A stretch of 64,000 nucleotides of DNA from IMG/VR virus record IMGVR_UViG_3300030294_000015, positions 30,153 to 94,152 of that record; one strand, 5' to 3'. Within the stretch, counting starts at the first letter, position 1. Each line of letters opens with the position of its first letter. Under the pieces are notes generated by a model. The model was not told the origin of the DNA. It saw only the letters and a list, made by a program, of their open reading frames with translations, and did no database searches. This DNA is from a virus. Below, piece by piece: positions 21,195 to 30,007 of the stretch. The position numbers were made by a program, and so were the translations under genes.

Positions 21195-21983
21195 ATGGAA
21201 ATGTCTTTTCCAGAATATATTGAAAATCCATCTGGTAATAAAAATGGTGTTTGGACACATAGAGCTATGTATAAAGATATGTATGGTCAAAAACTTACTA
21301 AGATAATAGTAAGAGAAACTGGTAAAGTAAACTACACTTTATATTATACTAAAGATACATATACAATACATTTTAAAATACCATCTGAAGTTGTGCCTAA
21401 ATTTTATTATGACACAGTAATTATGTTTTATATCAATGATCAATTTATTTCTAATAATAATAATATTAGAAAGTATAATGTAAAATTCTATTCTAATGAT
21501 CCAGCATTTGTATTTACATTTGCTTATTCCTTTTTAAAGAATGATATGTTTATAAAAGATTTAATTCCAAAAATGAGTAAAGAAGCAGTTAAGAAAGCTG
21601 CGGTAGAAACAAATCCTAAAAATGAAATTGGATATGTAAAATCTATTTACTTTGCTTATCTATTAATGGATAAATATAATCTATGGAGTAAGTCTACATT
21701 TACTATGTATGGTGAAAAATATGATAAATCTAAATTATTATCAAAGATAGAAAATGCTGATAAGAAAATAGATGATAGACAAAAACAAGCAGAAGATATT
21801 AGGAAACAAAATAAGATAGAAAAAGAGAAATCTAAAAATAAAAGGAAATCAAATCCTAATGATGTGAAAATTACTAACAATGTAAATACTTCGAGTAAGA
21901 TAATGTCTAGTATTAAAACTAAAACTGTGGGTACAATAAAGAATATAAGTAATAATAAAAACCCCAATTTTAAAAAGTTTTAG
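21195..21983 (+). CDS. Hypothetical protein with basic C-terminal tail
   Basis: 262-aa ORF with RBS, between chaperonin and sigma-like gene. Confidence 0.8.
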   Translation: MEMSFPEYIENPSGNKNGVWTHRAMYKDMYGQKLTKIIVRETGKVNYTLYYTKDTYTIHFKIPSEVVPKFYYDTVIMFYINDQFISNNNNIRKYNVKFYSNDPAFVFTFAYSFLKNDMFIKDLIPKMSKEAVKKAAVETNPKNEIGYVKSIYFAYLLMDKYNLWSKSTFTMYGEKYDKSKLLSKIENADKKIDDRQKQAEDIRKQNKIEKEKSKNKRKSNPNDVKITNNVNTSSKIMSSIKTKTVGTIKNISNNKNPNFKKF

Positions 21984-22003
21984 AATTATATATTATATAC
22001 TTG
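21984..22003 (+). promoter_or_regulatory. Putative early promoter
   Basis: AATTATATATTAT-atact-TG upstream of the sigma-like/primase operon. Confidence 0.7.
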
Positions 22004-22020
22004 AAGGAGGAGATTAAATT

Positions 22021-25000
22021 ATGAAAAAATTTATGACAAGGGACGAAAACAAAAAAATCATCAGTGTTTCAGATTGGCAGGCAGAACCACAAGATTTATT
22101 AATTATGCAAATAAATGATTATATAATCGCACCTGTTTCAAAATATTTCAATGCGGATCAAAGTATGGATTATTTTTCAGTAAGATCTAAAAAAGCATAT
22201 AATAGACCTGAACTTAGAGCACTAATAGTACATAAATTGAATTACTTTGAAAAGTTCTATGATACTGATAAAGAGTTGTTAGCTGTATATGCTAATATAA
22301 AGTATCTTATAGATTGTGAGCCTAACTATACTAAAGAATCATTATTCTATGATCTAAAGAAGTACATAATTCATGGACCATCCTTATCATTAAAAATGGA
22401 CTATATGAATAAGGATAATTATAGACCAGCAAAAATTAAATTTAATGGAAGCGATAGGTTATTATACTATGATAATAGTCATATATATATAATGATGAGA
22501 ATATCATTAACTATGACAGCTATTATTCCATTACTAACTCATTTTGCCAATAAGAAAAAAGTACAATTGATAGAACCCTTTCTATTAGAAATTTATTCTT
22601 ACATTATTAGATCATATAGTGATTTTGTAGATTTATATTCTAAATATACAGGAACTTGTGCTACTATTATATCTAAGAATAAAAGATATAATAGTATATG
22701 GAATAATCAGGATATAAGATCTATAAATGAAACTACTCAAACAATAGCATCTGTAAATAATATCATAGTAAACATTATGCCAAAATATATATATAATGAC
22801 TCCGCAGTCACTTTGAACTTCGCATCTGTAGGTAATGTTATTAAGTATAAAATAACTGATGCTGGGTATGATTTTGCTTATTCTTCTCTCAGTTCATCAG
22901 ATAGGGATTTTGAAGAGATAAGCTCATTTGATAAGTATGAGGCATTGCTAAGTAAGTGTGATCGGTTTGGTCACTTCTCTATAGTAATATAGAGTCGAAT
23001 AACTCTCTATAAATTGCTGGGAAGCTCACAAAAGTTCATAAACCATAATAGAAATAAAAATGGTAACGAAAGCAGAAACAATATATGAACCTGACATATG
23101 CTGAAATAAAAGCCTATTATATAGGTGCTAAGTGTTATTGACAAGGAGTAATCAGCAGCAAATTAATATTATCATCTTAAAAAATACGAATAAGAAGGGA
23201 AAGATATTTATACAATTAAAATCATTTATGACACGAGATATACCTAATCCTAATCATACATTTCTAAAGAAAAACGGTTTACAACAATTCATGATAAGAG
23301 AACCATTTTTATTTGAAGAATGGGTACAAATATGTACATTCTTACCAGAAGTGAAAGAATATTATTGGATAAGTAATCATGGTAAAGTATTAAATAATAA
23401 ATCCATACCATTTGTACATATGAATATTAACTTGGATAACCGTGGATATGAACAAATTTCATTGTCTACAAATAATGGAGGTAAAACTTTTAAAGTACAT
23501 AGATTAGTAGGAATAGCATTTAATTATATAGATAATTATGAAGAATTGACAGTGAATCATTTAGATGCAAACAAACGTGATAACTATTCATATAATTTAC
23601 AATGGGCTACTAATTATGAAAATATGAGACATGCATGTGAACATGGTTTGTTTCCTGTTGGTGAAGATTCCTTTTTAAGTATATTATCTAATAATGATGT
23701 AGAAAATATATGTAAATATCTTCAAGAAGGATTACCATTTGAAACTATTATAGAAAATGTTCCAAACATGAATAATCTTAGATACCCAATATCTTCAATA
23801 TGGTCTATTTATAGTAGATGGGCATGGAAACATATTTCTAAAAAATATGAGTTTAGTATCTATAAAGGTAATAGATTTAAATTTAATAATAATGAAATTA
23901 TTAAAATATGTGAATATTTGGAACAAAATCTAGATTATAAAGAAATAATAAAAGGATTAGGATATGATATAACTAATATGTCTAAAGAAACTTTAAAGGA
24001 ATATAATCATTCTATTAGTACTATAAGATTAAAACAAACCTATACTGAAATATCTAAAGATTACAATTTTCATACTGAAAGAAGTTATCAAAAATTTAAT
24101 ACAGATGAAATACATGAAATTTGTTTTTATTTACAAAGCGGTTTAGATTATGAAAAAATACTAAAAAGAATGAATGTTGTTCCTAATAATGAAACAGAAC
24201 TGTATAATTATAAATGTGTAATATCAAGAATAAAAAGCAGAAGATGTTTTCAAAATATATCAAACAATTATGAATTTTAAGATGATAATTAATTTGTTCA
24301 ACGACTATCGAAAGCTATATACTAAGACGATATTCTTAGTTGAAAATAAGGTATTAGAGATAATACACGAAGCAAGTAGAGTAGAGCCAAGTGGTAAGGT
24401 TTCTCGTAATAAGAGATATAATACCTTTTAAATCGAAACAAGAGAGCTGCCTATATATTCGTTATAGGTAGATGATATAGTCTACTATCTTACTTAACAG
24501 TAAGGAAGTTTATAATAAAACTGTACTATCTAACGAATAGTATGAATACTAGGGAAGCCTTAGTTCTCCAGAATAATGTAAATGGAGAACAAGCAATGCA
24601 ATTAATAAGAATGTCATTTGGACCTTTTGATAATAATGAAATAGAATTTTATAGAAGAAGATTAAATGTTGATAACTCTGGAGTTATTCATACATTCCAG
24701 AAAGACTTAATATTTAATATCTTTTATAAGTATTTCGGTGATACTATGTCTGTTAATACTATAAATGAAACAGATTATATTATTTTATTATTAGCTGCAA
24801 AGAAAATATCAGAACAATCTAAATGTAGATATCTTCCATATGTATTTAGTGGCAGAATTACTCGATATGTAAGGAAAACAAAATTAAATAAAAAAGAAAA
24901 AGATAAAATGATTACTTCTCCTGATTATAGATTGATTCAACAAATGTATAGAACATCAAAAGTTTTAGACCAAATGGAATCTTATGCCGCTACTATTTTA

Positions 25001-25117
25001 TATAGTGATTTTGAAATGATTGATTATAAGAATCCTCAAAATGATGGTGTAATGTTACCAAAGTTTCCTGAATTAGTTGTACATGAAATACAGAAGTATG
25101 TGTTATGGATTTCCTAA
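22021..25117 (+). CDS. Spliced gene join(22021..22962,24554..25117), 501 aa; probable promoter-specificity (sigma-like) subunit of the non-virion RNAP (AR9 gp226/phiKZ gp68-like)
   Basis: Exons join in frame (..LLSKCD|EALVLQNN..); size, early promoter and position two genes from the chaperonin match AR9 gp228/gp226 as I recall them. Function inferred. Confidence 0.6.
22963..24553 (+). ncRNA. Group I intron (1591 nt) with HNH ORF in the P6 loop
   Basis: P1 gtgaT/Gtcac with U.G pair; P ttgctgggaa, Q aatcagcag, R gttcaacgactat, S gatatagtct; terminal G at 24553; inverted repeat 23161-23182/24275-24295 encloses the ORF. Confidence 0.9.
23204..24280 (+). CDS. Intron-encoded NUMOD4/HNH homing endonuclease with repeated C-terminal helical DNA-binding units (start uncertain)
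   Basis: YWISNHGKV, KVHRLVG, VNHLDANKRDNYSYNLQW; three repeats of xxxEIxxICxYLxxxLxY. Confidence 0.85.
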   Translation: MFIQLKSFMTRDIPNPNHTFLKKNGLQQFMIREPFLFEEWVQICTFLPEVKEYYWISNHGKVLNNKSIPFVHMNINLDNRGYEQISLSTNNGGKTFKVHRLVGIAFNYIDNYEELTVNHLDANKRDNYSYNLQWATNYENMRHACEHGLFPVGEDSFLSILSNNDVENICKYLQEGLPFETIIENVPNMNNLRYPISSIWSIYSRWAWKHISKKYEFSIYKGNRFKFNNNEIIKICEYLEQNLDYKEIIKGLGYDITNMSKETLKEYNHSISTIRLKQTYTEISKDYNFHTERSYQKFNTDEIHEICFYLQSGLDYEKILKRMNVVPNNETELYNYKCVISRIKSRRCFQNISNNYEF

Positions 25118-25118
25118 T

Positions 25119-26162
25119 ATGAATAATGAAACTATTAATAGAATAAATAATAGATTATTAGAAATCCCAGGTGCTAAGTTGGTACAAGGAAATCGATGGA
25201 TTATTATTAGATGTATGTATTGTGGTGATTCATTAAATAGTACTCATGCACATTTCGGTATTCATTTACCAGTGAATGAAGATGATTTATATTACTTTAA
25301 TTGCTTTAAATGTCATACTACTGGAAGATTGACAACAGATACATTAATGACATTCGGTATTTTTGATGTGGATATTATAAGTGGATTATCTAATTGGAAT
25401 AAAAGAGTATTATCTAGACCTGAAAATAGAATATTTAAAGATCAAATATATATGGTGAAAAATTCACATATAAATCAATCTAAATTAACTGATGCTAAAT
25501 TGAATTATATAAATAATAGATTAGGAATTAATATGACTTATAAAGATATACTAGATAAAAAGATAATTCTTAATATAAATGATTTATTAGATGAAAATCA
25601 TATTACTAAACTTACTAGAGACCCTAATGTAGTAAAACAACTAGATGGTGGGTTTCTAGGTTTCTTATCTCAAGATAATGCTTTTATTAATATGAGAAGA
25701 TTAGTTAATGAAGAAAAAGTAATGGAACCTCTAAGAAAGAGATATGTAAATTATAATCTATTTGGTAAATTTGATAATACTCAAAAATATTATACTATTC
25801 CTACTACAATTAGATTAGATAATCCTAAAAAGATAAAATTAAAAATAGCAGAAGGACCTTTTGATATTTTATCTATATTTTATAATTTATCTAACCAAGA
25901 TACTGATAATTGTATTTACTCATCTATAACTGGTTCTGGATATATTAACATATTAGAATTCTTTCTTATTAAGAAAAGATTAATAAATATGGAAGTAGAT
26001 ATCTACATGGATAGTGATATAAAAGAAAGAGTATTATATGCTATAAAGCAATTATTAGACTACTTTGGTGTACCTTTACGGCTTCATCGTAATATTTATC
26101 CAGGAGAAAAAGACTTCGGTGTCAAACATTCAAAAATACAGGATCAGATATTGAATATCTAG
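25119..26162 (+). CDS. DNA primase (Zn-binding and TOPRIM domains); ATG 25119 more likely than 25077
   Basis: RCMYCGDS...FNCFKC zinc finger; IAEGPFDIL and YMDSD TOPRIM motifs; KDFG. Confidence 0.85.
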   Translation: MNNETINRINNRLLEIPGAKLVQGNRWIIIRCMYCGDSLNSTHAHFGIHLPVNEDDLYYFNCFKCHTTGRLTTDTLMTFGIFDVDIISGLSNWNKRVLSRPENRIFKDQIYMVKNSHINQSKLTDAKLNYINNRLGINMTYKDILDKKIILNINDLLDENHITKLTRDPNVVKQLDGGFLGFLSQDNAFINMRRLVNEEKVMEPLRKRYVNYNLFGKFDNTQKYYTIPTTIRLDNPKKIKLKIAEGPFDILSIFYNLSNQDTDNCIYSSITGSGYINILEFFLIKKRLINMEVDIYMDSDIKERVLYAIKQLLDYFGVPLRLHRNIYPGEKDFGVKHSKIQDQILNI

Positions 26163-26212
26163 AAGGATAGGTCAAATCCTATCCTTTATTTTATAGAAAG
26201 AAGGAATTTAAT

Positions 26213-26557
26213 ATGATATACATAATAAATGATGAAGAACAAGAAAAAGTTAAGAAAGCTTTAGCTGATAATTCTATTGAATTTAAAAACTTTGATACTC
26301 CGTTAGATGCTTTTGTATATGAAGAATCTATATATAGAACAAATGAATATGAAAAAGAAAATAATGTTAAATTTACTGAAGAATGTAGAGATACAATGGA
26401 AGGAACAATAGAAGGATTTTTGTCTACAAATAATTTTTTAGATAATGATCACTTATGTGATTTAGTTGAAGAAGCTATTGATAATGCAATGGATTATTGT
26501 AAAAAAGAAAATCTAAAAGTATTTATGACTAGAGAAGAAGAAACAAAGGAGGATTAA
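26213..26557 (+). CDS. Small acidic protein with C-terminal FMTR motif
   Basis: 114-aa ORF with RBS; ends LKVFMTREEETKED. Confidence 0.8.
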   Translation: MIYIINDEEQEKVKKALADNSIEFKNFDTPLDAFVYEESIYRTNEYEKENNVKFTEECRDTMEGTIEGFLSTNNFLDNDHLCDLVEEAIDNAMDYCKKENLKVFMTREEETKED

Positions 26558-26559
26558 TA

Positions 26560-27066
26560 ATGCTGAATAATGAAACTATAGACTGTTTTGGACACTGGTG
26601 TTTTGAAGATATGGTTTGTATGACATGTAATGAAGAAAGTAAGTGTCAAACTACAAAACGAAATAAAGAAATAGAATATAAAAAATCTATTAAAGATGAA
26701 AGATGTCATAAATGTATGGATTTAGTAAAATGTCACCAACAAATAAAAAATTGTTTCGGTAATCTTAAACAAGATTGTATTACATATAAATGTAAATGTA
26801 GATACGAGTGTGATAAAAATTCATATAAAGAACTAAAGGTAAAATGTGTAAAATCAATTACTATGAGAGTAGAAACAATTGATAGATTTGAATTTGAAAA
26901 AGATAAAGAATATACATTGTATTGTACAGACAGCGGATTATTATCAACAGAAAAATCTTCTTATGGTGTTGTATTAGGTAGAAAAGATCACTATAGACTA
27001 GGAGATATATTTGATAGATATTTTATTATTATTCCGATTTATAAGGATTTAAAGTTAGTAGAATAA
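26560..27066 (+). CDS. Cys-rich hypothetical protein
   Basis: CFG...CxxC...C unit occurs twice. Confidence 0.75.
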   Translation: MLNNETIDCFGHWCFEDMVCMTCNEESKCQTTKRNKEIEYKKSIKDERCHKCMDLVKCHQQIKNCFGNLKQDCITYKCKCRYECDKNSYKELKVKCVKSITMRVETIDRFEFEKDKEYTLYCTDSGLLSTEKSSYGVVLGRKDHYRLGDIFDRYFIIIPIYKDLKLVE

Positions 27067-27185
27067 TTATAAGAGGGATTATCCCTCTTATAATTTATCA
27101 GTAAATATTTGATTGTATAATTGTGTATTATAATAAGAATATAGTATTATGTCATCAAATAAAATAAATAGAGAGGAAATAAATT

Positions 27186-27446
27186 ATGGACATTAAAAAA
27201 GAAAACCAACTACAAAAAGATATAAAATTAAAAAGACAAAATATAGAAGAAAAATATAAGTATGATAAAGATAAACTAATAATTATATTAGAACAAATTG
27301 CTGGTATATGTAGAAGAAATAGAACTTTAGTTGGGGAAGGAGTGTTTACAGAATTTTGTAAATACTTATATGAAAATGGATATGATGGTTATCATATAGG
27401 TGTTTATTTAAAAGATTGGAGAAGTGAAGTACTAGAAAATATATAA
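27186..27446 (+). CDS. Hypothetical early protein
   Basis: Early-like promoter at 27119-27131 and RBS. Confidence 0.75.
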   Translation: MDIKKENQLQKDIKLKRQNIEEKYKYDKDKLIIILEQIAGICRRNRTLVGEGVFTEFCKYLYENGYDGYHIGVYLKDWRSEVLENI

Positions 27447-27453
27447 GGAGTAT

Positions 27454-27735
27454 GTGTGTAAAATAAAATTGAAACAAAAAGTATCAGATTCGATACAAAT
27501 GAACAAGATATTTATAGAATCACAGTATTCTATATCATCTTTAAAACTAATGATAAAATTTTATCATAATATGTGTAAATATAAAAATGATAATTCAGAT
27601 TTTAAGTTTAATGATTATGTATCGATATTTATACAATCATTATCACATGAAAGTAATATGTCTTATAAAGATATTAGTAGTATCTTATATAATTGGTATT
27701 ATGAAATAGAAAATTTATCTATAAAAAATAAATAA
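27454..27735 (+). CDS. Hypothetical protein
   Basis: 93-aa ORF with RBS aaggag. Confidence 0.65.
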   Translation: MCKIKLKQKVSDSIQMNKIFIESQYSISSLKLMIKFYHNMCKYKNDNSDFKFNDYVSIFIQSLSHESNMSYKDISSILYNWYYEIENLSIKNK

Positions 27736-27812
27736 GGAGTTTAATACACTCCTTTATTTTTTACGAAATATGAAAGTTAAACATTTTATTAATTGAAAGG
27801 AGGTATCTTCTA

Positions 27813-29012
27813 ATGACTAAATTTACAAATAAAAAGTATACTAATACTATATCTAATCTTATAGATGGTATGAATAATAGATTAAAAAATCCATTCTATA
27901 TTCATAATGATAAACAACCACCAACACCTGTTGATTATTATAATCAATCATCTACCCAAACATCAATAGATGAAAATCTATTGCAAGAATATAAAGATTT
28001 AGGTGAAGATTCACCTATAAAATTTAATAAAATAGAAGACTTTATTCTATATGGGATTCAACAAATAGAAGTAAATTATAATATAACTGATAACGGTTTA
28101 GAATCAGATACTTTACAAGGAGAAGCGTATGTATTACCAAATACGTTTATACCAAAGAAAGGTGATTTCTTTAGAATAAAATATCTTAAACAACCATTAT
28201 TATTTAAAATTGTTAGTTGTACTATAGACACTATAGATAATCTAAGCAACTTTTATAAAATTCAATGGGTATATGATAGACCAGACACAAGCGATATAGA
28301 CAAACAAGTTGTAGAGAATCTAGTAGCTATTGTAGAAAATATAGGAACAGAGTTTAAAACAGTTATTAAAAAATCTGAATATAAATTTATAGAACTAATA
28401 GATCAAACTCTATCTAAATTAAAAGAATATTATAAAGTATTATTTTATTCTGATAGAGTAGAGACATTTATTTTTTCTAATATGACTAATTTTTTCTATG
28501 ATCCTTACGCAGTTGAATTCATTAAAAAACATGATTTAATAAGTACTCTAGATGATTACTTATATATAACACAACAAATAGAATTACATAATACATTTAT
28601 ATTAGAATATGATAAATCATTATTTAGAGCAATAGAAAAACAAGATAAGAAAATAGGAAAGTATATAGGATCTTCACAAGCAGAATTTATACAAGATGTA
28701 TTTGGAGTGTTCTCTTATAGATCTGAGCCTTATTATAAGATAATATATAAGGATTATAAATTTCCTAATCTAGAAATAATAGATTTTATAGATGAAGATT
28801 TGGTAAATAGAATAGGGACTGATAATCTATACTATGAAGACGAATTAAAATATAGAAATATTATAATTAAGTATTTAAATAATGATACTGTAGACCTTTC
28901 AGATATTAATGCTATAGATGGTATTCAATATACAGCAAATAAATATTTATTTTACGAATTATTATTTATTATATATATACTTGAAAAGAACGTAAAGATT
29001 TTATTAGGTTAA
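27813..29012 (+). CDS. Probable virion structural protein (head-tail/neck-like)
   Basis: Late promoter AACA-ttttat-TA at 27780; LPNTFIPKKGDFF motif typical of neck-type beta-barrels. Confidence 0.5.
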   Translation: MTKFTNKKYTNTISNLIDGMNNRLKNPFYIHNDKQPPTPVDYYNQSSTQTSIDENLLQEYKDLGEDSPIKFNKIEDFILYGIQQIEVNYNITDNGLESDTLQGEAYVLPNTFIPKKGDFFRIKYLKQPLLFKIVSCTIDTIDNLSNFYKIQWVYDRPDTSDIDKQVVENLVAIVENIGTEFKTVIKKSEYKFIELIDQTLSKLKEYYKVLFYSDRVETFIFSNMTNFFYDPYAVEFIKKHDLISTLDDYLYITQQIELHNTFILEYDKSLFRAIEKQDKKIGKYIGSSQAEFIQDVFGVFSYRSEPYYKIIYKDYKFPNLEIIDFIDEDLVNRIGTDNLYYEDELKYRNIIIKYLNNDTVDLSDINAIDGIQYTANKYLFYELLFIIYILEKNVKILLG

Positions 29013-29047
29013 CATTTGAATAAATATCTATAAGGAGGACTTTAAAT

Positions 29048-29158
29048 ATGGATTTGGATTTGAATTTAGAAACCGTATTATTTTTAGAATTAGATACTGA
29101 TGAAGCTGCTGAGACTATAGAAGAAGATTTCAGCTTTATTGATTTTTGGATAGATTAA
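29048..29158 (+). CDS. Very acidic 36-aa peptide
   Basis: Late promoter 29011-29022, RBS aaggagg; MDLDLNLETVLFLELDTDEAAETIEEDFSFIDFWID. Confidence 0.7.
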   Translation: MDLDLNLETVLFLELDTDEAAETIEEDFSFIDFWID

Positions 29159-29172
29159 AGGAGGAATAAATA

Positions 29173-29733
29173 ATGTCTAATGTAACAACAAAAAATGTAA
29201 ATGTATATCCATCACCAGGAAGATTAGTATATGAAATAACACCACCGTTAAGAGGAGCTGTATATAGTATAGAATTAACTACATTGGTAATATTAAAAAT
29301 GATTAAATCAGGACATAAAGTAGAAGAGAATATTTCTGATACAAAAAAAGTATTTTTAAATGTAGAAAATTATGATAGAGATAATACTCAAGATACAGTT
29401 ATTACCAATACGACAGCTGTAACAAATAGTGAATTACTTTCTAAGTATAGTGTATTAAATACAGATTATACAAATTTAAAGACATCTTATGACGAATTGG
29501 AAGCTAAGTATACTGCGTTACAATCCGAGAATACAACATTAAATGCTAAGGTAGATAGTTGTACATCTCAAATAAGTGATTTAGAACAAAAAAATAAAGA
29601 TCAAAGTACTGAAATTGAAAAATTGGAAGAGGATTTAACTTCTAGTACAAATACAACAAGTAATAATACTTCTACAACTGATAATACATCAACAAATAAT
29701 ACAACAACTTCAACAGATACAACAACAAAATAA
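29173..29733 (+). CDS. Late protein with coiled coil and Thr/Ser-rich tail
   Basis: Heptad repeats at residues 90-155; T/S/N low-complexity end. Confidence 0.8.
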   Translation: MSNVTTKNVNVYPSPGRLVYEITPPLRGAVYSIELTTLVILKMIKSGHKVEENISDTKKVFLNVENYDRDNTQDTVITNTTAVTNSELLSKYSVLNTDYTNLKTSYDELEAKYTALQSENTTLNAKVDSCTSQISDLEQKNKDQSTEIEKLEEDLTSSTNTTSNNTSTTDNTSTNNTTTSTDTTTK

Positions 29734-29741
29734 AAAAATAA

Positions 29742-29769
29742 TAGAGCACAATTTCGTGCTCTATTTTTT
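29742..29769. terminator. Bidirectional terminator
   Basis: aatagagcac-aatttc-gtgctctatt flanked by A and T tracts. Confidence 0.8.
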
Positions 29770-29932
29770 AATATAGTATTATAAATGTGTGTTATCGTCG
29801 TACATTTACTTCACCCCCTTCGCTGTCGAGAATAAAGTATTTATATATTTAGCATAAACATCCCTTCTTTCTTGAATTATGTATTTAGTGTTAAATTAAA
29901 GATGCACAATTCTTATAATTATTTTATCTTTA

Positions 29933-29952
29933 CACTATAATAATATACAATT
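29933..29952 (-). promoter_or_regulatory. Putative early promoter driving a short transcript of about 190 nt
   Basis: Reverse complement reads AATTGTATATTAT-tatag-TG. Confidence 0.7.
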
Positions 29953-30007
29953 ATAATATTAAAGTTTTACAAAATAAAGATAGTAGGGATTAACCTACTA
30001 TCATATT

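Noticed and set aside
23132-23203. GTG start at 23132 for the intron HNH and ATG start at 24542 for exon 2
   Set aside because: Both lie in intron structural elements (P5/Q region and 3' end) with no RBS
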